DNA of 20,000 nucleotides from an uncultured virus (IMG/VR IMGVR_UViG_3300031857_000030) (lineage: Duplodnaviria; Heunggongvirae; Uroviricota; Caudoviricetes). The DNA lies in the IMG/VR virus record IMGVR_UViG_3300031857_000030; one strand, written 5' to 3'. Under the pieces are notes generated by a model. The model made no database searches, had not been told where the DNA came from, and saw only the letters and a list, made by a program, of their open reading frames with translations. A program made the translations under genes and the position numbers. Within the stretch, counting starts at the first letter, position 1, and each line of letters begins with the position of its first letter. This document shows positions 1-7,754 of the stretch, piece by piece.

Positions 1-443
1 CTCATTTTTGCAAGTTCATCATTGAAAGATGATTTTTGATACTTATCTTTAGTGATTGAAATTGACATCAATACTTCTTCAAAAGTTCTGTCTTTAATCA
101 AAAATACAACAACTCCTTCTTCAAGTCCTGTATCAACTAATTCAACTACAAACTTATTTTTAAGATTTCCAGTAGATAAAGTTGCGTAACCTGGATGTTT
201 GAATTGGCCTTCTGCACCAGCAACTGCACTACTAACCATTTCTTGTAGTTTCATTGTAATTTGTTTTACAGCTGGAGAAACCATTGCTTGAATGCTTTTA
301 GCCATATTAGATTTAATCAAGCTATCCAATGCTTGTGGGTCTTTAGAGATTTGAACCATTTTGTCATATGCTCTCTTTTGTAACTCTGGAGATAATTCCT
401 CATTAACTCTACCAAAAGTATTAAATTTTTTGAGATGTTTCAT
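1..443 (-). CDS. Hypothetical protein with N-terminal MKHLKKFN tag (3' end runs off window)
   Basis: Not in the ORF track. Manual translation from ATG at 443 gives MKHLKKFNTFGRVNEELSPELQKRAYDKMVQISKDPQALDSLIKSNMAKSIQAMVSPAVKQITMKLQEM...; TTAATATATA motif upstream. Confidence 0.8.
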   Translation of the reverse strand, partial: MKHLKKFNTFGRVNEELSPELQKRAYDKMVQISKDPQALDSLIKSNMAKSIQAMVSPAVKQITMKLQEMVSSAVAGAEGQFKHPGYATLSTGNLKNKFVVELVDTGLEEGVVVFLIKDRTFEEVLMSISITKDKYQKSSFNDELAKM

Positions 444-465
444 AAATATCATTTTATTTTTTAAT

Positions 466-475
466 TATATATTAA
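466..475 (-). promoter_or_regulatory. TTAATATATA putative phage late promoter
   Basis: Recurring motif, 22 nt upstream of ATG 443. Confidence 0.55.
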
Positions 476-487
476 CTAAAAAAAGTG

Positions 488-520
488 AAAAGTTCAATTT
501 TATAAAAAAAGTTCAATTTT
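488..520. repeat. 14-bp direct repeat AAAAGTTCAATTTT x2
   Basis: Copies at 488-501 and 507-520 in a divergent intergenic region. Confidence 0.7.
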
Positions 521-549
521 GACTCATACTCAATATTTAAATTAAAATA

Positions 550-559
550 TTAATATATA
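550..559 (+). promoter_or_regulatory. TTAATATATA putative phage late promoter
   Basis: 15 nt upstream of ATG 575. Confidence 0.55.
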
Positions 560-574
560 CAATAAACGAAAATT

Positions 575-1030
575 ATGGCAAGAAGATTATTATTAAAAGA
601 AGACCAATTAACATCAACTGGTAATCCACCAAGTGGTTATCAATGGATTGGATATAACGGTGCAACTTTTTCTGAGAGACAATCAGATGGTGATATTATT
701 AAAACTGGTAATCCAAGGCCGTATAAAGTATATACTGCTTTATTAAATCAAGGTTTAACAGCCTCACCTGTTCCTACAGTATTAGAGAATACCATTGGTA
801 ATATTAATTGGACAAGAATTACTGATGGTGAATATAGAGGAGAACTTAATGATGGTTTTGTTATAGGTAAAACAACAATTTTTATTACAGCTAATACAAG
901 TCAAGGAAGTAGTGTATTATTTTCTATTATAGATACTAATACAATAGAATTAGCCACATCCAATACAACTGATGCATTAGTAGATGATTTATTATCCGAA
1001 ACACCAATAGAAATAAGAGTGTATAATTAA
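575..1030 (+). CDS. Putative virion structural or fibre-associated protein
   Basis: N-terminus MARRLLLK..P.GY is shared with 15628..17511. The beta-rich C-terminal domain YKVYTALLNQ...VLENTIG.I.WTR...IEIRVY resembles, from memory, C-termini of Bacteroidota phage fibre-like proteins. Confidence 0.5.
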   Translation: MARRLLLKEDQLTSTGNPPSGYQWIGYNGATFSERQSDGDIIKTGNPRPYKVYTALLNQGLTASPVPTVLENTIGNINWTRITDGEYRGELNDGFVIGKTTIFITANTSQGSSVLFSIIDTNTIELATSNTTDALVDDLLSETPIEIRVYN

Positions 1031-1458
1031 CCTATTTTCCAAACTGCTTTAATCTGACAACGCATTCTAGTAGCATCATTCCAATTACCACCAACAACTA
1101 CACCGTCTTTAATAGTGAAAGCGTGACGTGAAATAACAATGATATAAGTTCCCCTATCATACCACTTTACGAACTGACCAACTGTTTTGATACCTGGGTC
1201 CGTAATAGGTTTGATTGACTTACGACCTAATTTACGACCTTCTGAAACCATTTGATTCATAGTCGGTATAAATCGTTTAGTTCCGCATTTTGGTTGTCTT
1301 AGAAACTCTTTAGCAACGAACCGGTGAGTCTTATTATAATCCCAATCTAAGGCAGAAGCAAATGCCCTAACAACACAATCTTTGGTTTCTGTACGGGCTA
1401 ATAGTGATTCTGAATATCCTTTAATAGAGTCTTTAGCTGATTGGAATTGAAGTGACAT
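1027..1458 (-). CDS. Conserved phage hypothetical protein (DCVVRA...HAFTIKDG; possible Cys/His catalytic fold)
   Basis: Start moved from TTG 1479 to ATG 1458 (MSLQFQSAK) because the TTG lies inside the TATCTTTG promoter element. Confidence 0.65.
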   Translation of the reverse strand: MSLQFQSAKDSIKGYSESLLARTETKDCVVRAFASALDWDYNKTHRFVAKEFLRQPKCGTKRFIPTMNQMVSEGRKLGRKSIKPITDPGIKTVGQFVKWYDRGTYIIVISRHAFTIKDGVVVGGNWNDATRMRCQIKAVWKIG

Positions 1459-1476
1459 ATTGTAGTGATTAAAAGA

Positions 1477-1484
1477 CAAAGATA
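1477..1484 (-). promoter_or_regulatory. Bacteroidota sigmaA -7 element TATCTTTG
   Basis: Matches TAnnTTTG, 18 nt upstream of ATG 1458; no clear -33 TTTG. Confidence 0.6.
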
Positions 1485-1496
1485 CGGAATTTTAAT

Positions 1497-1506
1497 TAAA
1501 TATATA
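1497..1506 (+). promoter_or_regulatory. TAAATATATA putative late promoter variant
   Basis: 4 nt upstream of ATG 1511. Confidence 0.45.
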
Positions 1507-1510
1507 CTAT

Positions 1511-1804
1511 ATGAATAAATTAAAAGGTATAGAAGATTTTGCAAAAACTCGTGGAGCAGGAGCTGAGAAGATTGCAACTGGTGCAAAAGAAAAAGGAGGA
1601 TTAGCTCTTCTTACTTGGAGACACTTCAAAGTTAAACTTCCCTATTATGAAAAGGCATCTAAAGGAGAATTAGATGAGGTAGAAGCTAAAAAAGAATTTA
1701 ATAAGACCTTAAACTCTATTAGTTTAGATATGACACAAACTGAGTTTCAAACTGAAATGGGTAGATTAGAAGTGTTAGGTGAATTATTAATTAAAGGAGA
1801 ATAA
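1511..1804 (+). CDS. Hypothetical helical protein with N-terminal tag variant (MNKLKGIEDF)
   Basis: 97-aa ORF with ATG start, directly downstream of the TATATA motif. Confidence 0.8.
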   Translation: MNKLKGIEDFAKTRGAGAEKIATGAKEKGGLALLTWRHFKVKLPYYEKASKGELDEVEAKKEFNKTLNSISLDMTQTEFQTEMGRLEVLGELLIKGE

Positions 1805-1808
1805 ACAT

Positions 1809-2303
1809 ATGAAAAATATTAAATCATTTAAATTATTTGAGAGTGGGCTTCCTTACTCATATTCTCAAGATATGCAAATTGCAATAAATAGTCTTCTTTC
1901 GGAAATGAGATTTCAACCACATATTAATCAACTCAATAGATGGACTGGTAATATGAGAAAGTTTAATGTTGGTGTAGTTGCTAATGAATCTAAATGGGGC
2001 ATACAATATGAAGTAGGATTTAGATTGGATGAACCAGTTGATATTAGTTTAGTCAATAGTGAAATCAAATCATGTTGGAGAGATATTATGGAAGTAATAA
2101 TGGATAGATCTAAATCACAAGGTGAAGTTAAATTAACTAAGTTTGATTATTTTGGACATTCTGCTGTTGGTAGAAAAAATGGCCACACTAAAGAAATTGA
2201 AGATATAACTGATAGGTTAGAAGATGCTATTGAATTAGCTGAGGTTGATCCTAAACCAGGTCCATATTGTCCGATTATGTTTCAATTTACGGTAGTAAAT
2301 TAA
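1809..2303 (+). CDS. Hypothetical protein with N-terminal tag (MKNIKSFKLFES)
   Basis: 164-aa ORF starting 4 nt after the previous gene. Confidence 0.8.
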   Translation: MKNIKSFKLFESGLPYSYSQDMQIAINSLLSEMRFQPHINQLNRWTGNMRKFNVGVVANESKWGIQYEVGFRLDEPVDISLVNSEIKSCWRDIMEVIMDRSKSQGEVKLTKFDYFGHSAVGRKNGHTKEIEDITDRLEDAIELAEVDPKPGPYCPIMFQFTVVN

Positions 2304-2307
2304 TTAC

Positions 2308-2451
2308 TTATTTTGGTTTTTTACATTTAAGAAGTCCATTCTTTTGGGCAAAGTCTAATTTCTTTTCTATCTGATAAACTTGATAACTTTGCCCGGCAAT
2401 CATTGAGGCAATAATAGTAAGTATAATTAATTTAAGTTTGTTGTTATTCAT
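2308..2451 (-). CDS. Small single-TM or signal-anchor protein, 47 aa
   Basis: Not in the ORF track. MNNNKLKLIILTIIASMIAGQSYQVYQIEKKLDFAQKNGLLKCKKPK*; it fills the gap and has its own consensus promoter. Confidence 0.7.
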   Translation of the reverse strand: MNNNKLKLIILTIIASMIAGQSYQVYQIEKKLDFAQKNGLLKCKKPK

Positions 2452-2455
2452 CCCA

Positions 2456-2487
2456 CAAAGATAAGGATTATTTTTAATATAAACAAA
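2456..2487 (-). promoter_or_regulatory. Bacteroidota sigmaA promoter TTTG-N20-TATCTTTG
   Basis: -33 at 2484-2487 and -7 at 2456-2463, only 4 nt before ATG 2451. Confidence 0.75.
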
Positions 2488-3165
2488 TTAACTTTGATGT
2501 TTTAATATACTTAAATGAGTATTTAACAAATAGTCGTAGTTTTCATTTGGAACAACACCATCTGATGCCATTTCTTCAACCACATCTAACCCAATAAAAA
2601 CACTTTCTAATGTCTTTGAATACTTACTTCTATTCATAGATAAATAATCGACTAATTCATCTCTTTCTAATTCGGTTAGTGGTAATTTATTTCTTAACTC
2701 AGACTTCATTGATTCAATCTTATTAATCTCATTTTGATAAGTATTGGTAAAGTATTCTTTATATGACATCTCACCACTTGGTAAAACTCCACCTTTAATA
2801 ATCCAATCATTTTTAACATCAACTCCAAATACATAGTGCCAATCTATTTTCTTTCCACTAGTTCCACTTGATGAAAAGTAAAATGGCATTACCCATTTAC
2901 CTATCTTAACAAAAACAAATAACCTGCCATTGTAGTTAAATAAGAATTGACCTTGAAAATTACCTATTGAAGTTTTTATAAAATCTTTATCCCAGTTTTT
3001 AGTTATTGATAAAACTTCTGGTATCATTTCAATATCTGTATTGAAACTTAAATTAGTGTAATCAATTTTCCCAACACCTGCTATTGTAATTACTTTACCA
3101 CTAACTGATATTGTTCCTTTCTTAACTCCACTATCAAAGTCTTCAAATAACTTGATGAATCTCAT
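2488..3165 (-). CDS. Hypothetical protein with N-terminal tag (MRFIKLFEDF)
   Basis: 225-aa ORF; contains MPFYFSSSGTSGK..WH.VFG. Confidence 0.8.
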   Translation of the reverse strand: MRFIKLFEDFDSGVKKGTISVSGKVITIAGVGKIDYTNLSFNTDIEMIPEVLSITKNWDKDFIKTSIGNFQGQFLFNYNGRLFVFVKIGKWVMPFYFSSSGTSGKKIDWHYVFGVDVKNDWIIKGGVLPSGEMSYKEYFTNTYQNEINKIESMKSELRNKLPLTELERDELVDYLSMNRSKYSKTLESVFIGLDVVEEMASDGVVPNENYDYLLNTHLSILKHQS

Positions 3166-3169
3166 AAGT

Positions 3170-3179
3170 TATATATTAT
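3170..3179 (-). promoter_or_regulatory. ATAATATATA putative late promoter
   Basis: 4 nt upstream of ATG 3165. Confidence 0.5.
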
Positions 3180-3263
3180 TTTAATAATACAAATTAATAT
3201 ATATCTTCTTTTGTATTGAATAATTAAAAAATACAGAAAAATGTTCATTTTTTTGTAACTTTA

Positions 3264-3294
3264 CTTGACTTTTTACGTCTATATAGTATATTTA
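3264..3294 (+). promoter_or_regulatory. Bacteroidota-like promoter variant CTTG-N19-TATATTTA
   Basis: Same spacing as the consensus promoters, with the final G of the -7 element replaced by A; 6 nt before ATG 3301. Confidence 0.45.
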
Positions 3295-3300
3295 TATTAT

Positions 3301-4116
3301 ATGAGACCACTAAAGATAACACAATCAATCACTACAAGAGAAACTGAATCCTTTGTTAAGTATTTAGAATCAGTAAGTAAGTTAGACCTTATCAATGGAG
3401 ATAAAGAAGTCGAACTTGCTAAACGCATTAAATTAGGTGATCAAAAGGCACAAAATCAATTAATCGAAGCCAATCTTCGGTTTGTTATATCTGTTGCAAA
3501 ACAATATGTCGGACGGGGACTTTCCTTAGAAGACTTAGTAAGTGAAGGAAACATCGGTCTAATAAAAGCTGCCCAGAAATTTGATGACACCAAAGGTATT
3601 AAATTTATATCATATGCCGTATGGTGGATTAGACAATCTATTATCCAATCACTTGCAGATAACTCACGTATGATTAGACTTCCTGTCAATCAAATCGCTA
3701 ACTTAAATAAAATAAAAGGAGCTGAAAATGATTTAGAATGTCGATTGGGAAGACCGGCTACTTCAGAAGAATTATCCGAGTACCTACAAATTGATTTAGA
3801 TAAGGTAGAGTTATCACTTATATCATCTAAACCTGTAACATCACTAGATATAACAATAGGTGAAGATGAATTAACTATATTAGATACAATTGCATCAACC
3901 AGTGATACTAGTGATTTAGTTAATTTAAGTGATAGTAAGTTACAAGTTTTAAGTTTAATGTCTAAGTTAAATGTGAGAGAAAGAATAGTAATAGAAGGTT
4001 TGTTTGGTTTATTAGGAAAAGAAAAGACACTCTCTGAGTTAGCAACTGAATTAGAAGTATCTCAAGAAAGAGTAAGACAGATTAAGAAGTCAGCATTAGC
4101 TAAGATGTCTAAATAA
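3301..4116 (+). CDS. rpoD: RNA polymerase sigma-70 factor, RpoD/SigA family, Bacteroidota type lacking region 1.1
   Basis: Region 2 ANLRFVISVAKQY...DLVSEGNIGLIKAAQKFD...KFISYAVWWIRQSI, SRMIRLP, and region 4 HTH TLSELATELEVSQERVRQI. The N-terminus MRPLKITQSITTRE resembles Bacteroidota sigmaA, which supports ATG 3301 as the start. Confidence 0.93.
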   Translation: MRPLKITQSITTRETESFVKYLESVSKLDLINGDKEVELAKRIKLGDQKAQNQLIEANLRFVISVAKQYVGRGLSLEDLVSEGNIGLIKAAQKFDDTKGIKFISYAVWWIRQSIIQSLADNSRMIRLPVNQIANLNKIKGAENDLECRLGRPATSEELSEYLQIDLDKVELSLISSKPVTSLDITIGEDELTILDTIASTSDTSDLVNLSDSKLQVLSLMSKLNVRERIVIEGLFGLLGKEKTLSELATELEVSQERVRQIKKSALAKMSK

Positions 4117-4145
4117 AAAAACCTCATCTTAATTGATGAGGTTTT
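4115..4145. terminator. Bidirectional intrinsic terminator
   Basis: AAAACCTCATC-ttaatt-GATGAGGTTTT between convergent genes, with A and T tracts on each side. Confidence 0.85.
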
Positions 4146-4148
4146 AAA

Positions 4149-4955
4149 TTATAACATTGAAGTATAACTTAATATTCTAAATCCTAAGTCTTCAAATGCA
4201 ATTAACTTACCTCCCCATTTCCTACCATTAGAAGTTGAGAAATAACTCTTAATATTATTATCCGATAATAATGGAGAAATAAACTCAAAGAAGTCGAGTA
4301 GAGCTTCTGTTAATGGATTAGCATCTCCGTGTTGATTCGAGCGTACTGCAGTCCATTGAATTTTTTCAAGTTTTTGTTTTACATCTGATGCAAAAATTTC
4401 TCTATCTGATTGCTTTAAACAATTTAGATAAGCTTCTAATAATCTATCGAAGCTAACATAAAGAATATCATTTAATTGTATAATTAAAAATTTAAGTTCA
4501 TCTGTTCCTGTTGGAGCAACCTTTTTAGGATCACAAGTCATTGTTTCTGGATTCCAAATTTTATCTGGAGGACATTGACTGTCAAACGAGTAAGCTACTT
4601 TGAATAACTTTTGTTTTTTATCTTCACCAACATTATCAGGAACACACTTGCCCTGTTTAACATCCCAATGAGAACCCAGAGGACATTTTGGATTATCAAT
4701 ATTGGATGCTATCTTATTATCATACTGAGGCCCATTTAAATAATAACCATCTGGTAGTTTAGTGTCACCAGTTAAAACATCTACTTTTTTTCCAACTGTT
4801 AAATCACATCTATCATTCTCACAATGATCTCCATAACTAGGTTTTGAAGGTTGTTTTTGACCGCATCTACCACAATAATAATTTGCATTCTGAGGAGACT
4901 GGTCTAAAGATATTATCTTAGTATTAAATTCTTCAAATAGTCTTAAGTATTTCAT
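4149..4955 (-). CDS. N-terminally tagged (MKYLRLFEEF) Cys-rich protein; partial paralog of 9823..10779
   Basis: CGRC..C...C cluster, two CP-x3-W-x6-C motifs, and a helical C-terminal domain similar to the N-half of 9823..10779. Confidence 0.8.
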   Translation of the reverse strand: MKYLRLFEEFNTKIISLDQSPQNANYYCGRCGQKQPSKPSYGDHCENDRCDLTVGKKVDVLTGDTKLPDGYYLNGPQYDNKIASNIDNPKCPLGSHWDVKQGKCVPDNVGEDKKQKLFKVAYSFDSQCPPDKIWNPETMTCDPKKVAPTGTDELKFLIIQLNDILYVSFDRLLEAYLNCLKQSDREIFASDVKQKLEKIQWTAVRSNQHGDANPLTEALLDFFEFISPLLSDNNIKSYFSTSNGRKWGGKLIAFEDLGFRILSYTSML

Positions 4956-5050
4956 GTTAATTATTTTTTTTTATCTGAAAGAGGTATTCTTTTTAATTAT
5001 ATCATATCCTTTTTCACTATCTTCTTTTGTTCTATAAACGTAACAATCTT

Positions 5051-5632
5051 TTATTTTTTAAATTTCCAACTCATAAATTCATAGAATCTAAGAATATTGG
5101 TTTGGTTATCTACCTCATCATGTGTTGTAGCATTGACAATCTTTATCTTAACATCTTTACGGGATTTAGCCCAATCAATGAATCTTTGGTGGTGATCTTT
5201 CCTATCATCATAAAATACCACTTCATTTGGTTTTAATTCAGATATCCTATCTTCCATAGTTTTAATCTTATAACTAAATGTTTCACCTGTCTCTGGTTTG
5301 AAATGTAGTTCATCAAATGTTAATCCTTTCGATTCTAATATCTCAATAACATCATTTCTAAGTGATTCAACTCTACCAGTCATCATAATAAGATAGTCTC
5401 CTCTCTTTTTGCACTTTTGGTATTCACTAATAATCCAATCATTAGTTTTAATATCAAATACGTCTAAGTCTAAAGATTGTGGAGACTTCCACCAGAAATC
5501 TGAAAAGTTTCTGTATCCAGGAGGAACTTGAGGAAATGGTTTTCCCGTTTTATCTTCCCATTCTTCTTTACCACCTTGTTCTAATGGAGTGTAAAAAAGA
5601 GTATCGTCAAAATCAAAAAATGCTAATCTCAT
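5051..5632 (-). CDS. HAD-superfamily phosphatase (Swiss-Army-Knife RNA-repair / PNKP-like)
   Basis: Motif I FDFDDTLF, motif II MTGR, FDELHFKP..TFSYK, motif IV FYDDR..H, and WW..P..L. Confidence 0.8.
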   Translation of the reverse strand: MRLAFFDFDDTLFYTPLEQGGKEEWEDKTGKPFPQVPPGYRNFSDFWWKSPQSLDLDVFDIKTNDWIISEYQKCKKRGDYLIMMTGRVESLRNDVIEILESKGLTFDELHFKPETGETFSYKIKTMEDRISELKPNEVVFYDDRKDHHQRFIDWAKSRKDVKIKIVNATTHDEVDNQTNILRFYEFMSWKFKK

Positions 5633-5637
5633 AAAAT

Positions 5638-5647
5638 TATATATTAA
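5638..5647 (-). promoter_or_regulatory. TTAATATATA putative late promoter
   Basis: 5 nt upstream of ATG 5632. Confidence 0.55.
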
Positions 5648-5712
5648 TTACGAGAATTAAAAAAATGATTTAATCGTTTATTAAATTACTATTTCTTCTA
5701 AAACTTTATTTC

Positions 5713-6096
5713 TCATAGGATGTTATTTATTTTATTATCTCTATTATAAGCAACAACTAAAGGATTTGTTTTTTTAAACTCCGCTATCTTTTCTTCTTCA
5801 GTTTTAGTTTTAATATCATAGTATCCTTTTACATTGACTATATTCCATGATTCAAATAACTTTTCAATCTCATCATCTATTTCACCTTCATTACCTGAAC
5901 AATAAAAGTCCATATAGTCCTCACCTAATTGTCTTATCCCAGAAACAAACCCACCAGAACTTCTCCAAGAAAAATCTATAACCTCATCATTAACATAATC
6001 ATACCAAACCAAGTTACAAAGATTTGCGTATATCTTCTGTGCAAAATCATAATCTTTTATCTTATCATATGATTCTAATCTTTCTTTAAATGTCAT
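5713..6096 (-). CDS. Conserved phage hypothetical protein with C-terminal tag (RDNKINNIL)
   Basis: FAQKIYANLCN...SWRSSGG...DYMDFYCSGNEG motifs; ATGA overlap with the upstream gene. Confidence 0.8.
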   Translation of the reverse strand: MTFKERLESYDKIKDYDFAQKIYANLCNLVWYDYVNDEVIDFSWRSSGGFVSGIRQLGEDYMDFYCSGNEGEIDDEIEKLFESWNIVNVKGYYDIKTKTEEEKIAEFKKTNPLVVAYNRDNKINNIL

Positions 6097-6518
6097 AATA
6101 TCTTTTCTAATATGTTATCTCTTTTCCATCTTTTTATTTCATCAGACTTTCTATCATCATAATATTTTATACCTTCAATTAACTTTTGATTTTTTATACT
6201 ACCTAACCAATCAACAATAATATGGTCATTGGTCCAATCACTAACCATTAATCGACTTCTAAGCTGAACATATACTTTGTATCTGGTATTCACTCTTTCA
6301 ATTGTAAGAACATTTACTTTATCTAATTTCCACCATTTAGGTATAAGTTTTTTAACTTCTCTACGAACTCTAAACCAAATAAATAGTTTGTGTATAAGTA
6401 ATGATTTTGTAAGGAATAAAAAAACCATTTCTAATACAAAGTAGGTGATAAGTAAAAACCCACCCCAACCGTGTAGTGAGATACCTATATTTGATCCGTG
6501 TTGATAAACATCTATCAT
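6093..6518 (-). CDS. Membrane-anchored hypothetical protein with C-terminal tag (RDNILEKIL)
   Basis: N-terminal hydrophobic segment; ATGA overlaps at both ends. Confidence 0.8.
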   Translation of the reverse strand: MIDVYQHGSNIGISLHGWGGFLLITYFVLEMVFLFLTKSLLIHKLFIWFRVRREVKKLIPKWWKLDKVNVLTIERVNTRYKVYVQLRSRLMVSDWTNDHIIVDWLGSIKNQKLIEGIKYYDDRKSDEIKRWKRDNILEKIL

Positions 6519-6871
6519 AAGTAGTGTTTTATAAATAATAAACTTAAAAAAGTAATTGATACTATAGCATCAAACTTTCTTCTTCTGAGTCTTTTAATAA
6601 AATCTTCTGTTTTATAAAGATTAGCTACTAAGGTACTAAAGATAATAAATATTAAAAAGATTATCCAATATTGAGTGAATAAACCAAAAATCGACCAAAT
6701 AAAATATATCATATTGAATATAATAAACGGTCTATCATTTGGATTTAAATAACCATTTTTTAAATCACTTTTAATTTTAGTGATTTGTTTATCATATTCT
6801 ACAGTGTAGAAAAGTGTTTTGATTTCATGAATCAAAAATACTATACTAAGTAATAAAATTATATTTGTCAT
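6515..6871 (-). CDS. Multi-pass membrane hypothetical protein
   Basis: 3-4 hydrophobic segments. Start placed at ATG 6871 (MTNIILL) because it forms an ATGA overlap with the upstream gene. Confidence 0.75.
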   Translation of the reverse strand: MTNIILLLSIVFLIHEIKTLFYTVEYDKQITKIKSDLKNGYLNPNDRPFIIFNMIYFIWSIFGLFTQYWIIFLIFIIFSTLVANLYKTEDFIKRLRRRKFDAIVSITFLSLLFIKHYL

Positions 6872-7203
6872 TTTAGTTTTATATTTTTTTGTTTCCAAAC
6901 TTCTAAACTATCAAAGTCCGGTCTTTGAGTATGATCTTCTTTAGTATAGTTTGGTGGGTAAAGTTCATCCTTAACCAATTCTCTGAGTATTTTTAATTCA
7001 ATCCTACTTTCTTGATATTCATCAGAGTCGGTTGATCTAAAGTTTTTATCACTTATAATTCTTTCAACTATTGGAGTTTCCAACTCTATTATTCTGGATA
7101 TAATTTCACTTTTTGTCATATCGTTATATATAGATTTTTGTTGGTAAGCCATTGGTGACGGCATATCTGAGTAGTGACACCAATCATCATCTAAAGTTCC
7201 CAT
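6868..7203 (-). CDS. Hypothetical protein (N-terminal DWCHYSDMPSPMAY motif)
   Basis: 111-aa ORF within the overlapping gene array. Confidence 0.7.
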   Translation of the reverse strand: MGTLDDDWCHYSDMPSPMAYQQKSIYNDMTKSEIISRIIELETPIVERIISDKNFRSTDSDEYQESRIELKILRELVKDELYPPNYTKEDHTQRPDFDSLEVWKQKNIKLK

Positions 7204-7274
7204 ATTGATTTTCTTTTTTTCTTTTGATACTTAAAATAAAAATAGAATACTATTTTTTGTAATAATCTTTTCAT
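7191..7274 (-). CDS. 27-aa basic/hydrophobic peptide
   Basis: Not in the ORF track. MKRLLQKIVFYFYFKYQKKKRKSIWEL*; begins at the ATGA overlap with 7271..7615 and bridges to the next gene. Confidence 0.55.
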   Translation of the reverse strand: MKRLLQKIVFYFYFKYQKKKRKSIWEL

Positions 7275-7615
7275 AGGACTAAGTCTAATTTAAATTGTCT
7301 AATATCCTCTGGTGTAAGTTTCATCTGTTCAATGTAAGCCTCGATATAATCAGAAACTCTACTTGGATTATTCTTCATAAAATCAATCCAATATCCATCA
7401 CCGTGTTTATATTGGCAATTTTGTTTAAATTCTTCTTTAGTGAATTTTTTTAGTTCTAGATTACTGTTAGGTCCCTGTATAACAGTCAATTTATCTCCTT
7501 CTACACGGATAATGACTTTCCAATTAGATAGCATTTCAGAGAAGATATCACCTGGTTTAAAATCCCCTGACTCAAACTTTTCATCGGTCTTATTTTTGAT
7601 TTCTTTATAATTCAT
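7271..7615 (-). CDS. Hypothetical protein with C-terminal tag (IRQFKLDLVL)
   Basis: 114-aa ORF with an SH3-like beta pattern, FKPGDIF...WKVIIRVEGDKLTV. Confidence 0.8.
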   Translation of the reverse strand: MNYKEIKNKTDEKFESGDFKPGDIFSEMLSNWKVIIRVEGDKLTVIQGPNSNLELKKFTKEEFKQNCQYKHGDGYWIDFMKNNPSRVSDYIEAYIEQMKLTPEDIRQFKLDLVL

Positions 7616-7680
7616 TTCTCTTCTCTTATGATTTCGTTAGCAACAGATAGTATAATTCCGAAAATTAAAAATACAGCCAT
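7612..7680 (-). CDS. 22-aa hydrophobic peptide leading the array
   Basis: Not in the ORF track. MAVFLIFGIILSVANEIIREEK*; ATGA overlap with the next gene. Confidence 0.5.
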   Translation of the reverse strand: MAVFLIFGIILSVANEIIREEK

Positions 7681-7693
7681 ATTAATTTTTTTA

Positions 7694-7724
7694 TAAAGTT
7701 ATTAATTTAATTTTAATTACCAAT
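7694..7724 (-). promoter_or_regulatory. Bacteroidota-like promoter variant ATTG-N19-TAACTTTA
   Basis: Heads the 7680-5681 array; same spacing and G-to-A variant as upstream of the sigma gene. Confidence 0.4.
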
Positions 7725-7737
7725 CTAAATTAAAAGA

Positions 7738-7747
7738 TTTATATATA
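7738..7747 (+). promoter_or_regulatory. TTTATATATA putative late promoter variant
   Basis: 7 nt upstream of the paaA ATG. Confidence 0.4.
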
Positions 7748-7754
7748 ATCCTAT

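Noticed and set aside
1398..1586. 62-aa minus-strand ORF in the track
   Set aside because: Overlaps two better-supported genes and both of their promoters; no recognisable motif.
3456..3689. 77-aa minus-strand ORF
   Set aside because: Antisense shadow inside the sigma factor gene.
4971..5060. Possible -1 frameshift extension of the HAD gene at AAA AAA TAA (IKDCYVYRTKEDSEKGYDIIKKNTSFR*)
   Set aside because: No canonical in-frame slippery heptamer or stimulatory structure, and the HAD domain is already complete. Chance or a gene remnant is equally likely.
5027..5236. 69-aa plus-strand ORF
   Set aside because: Antisense to the HAD phosphatase, with a non-ATG start.
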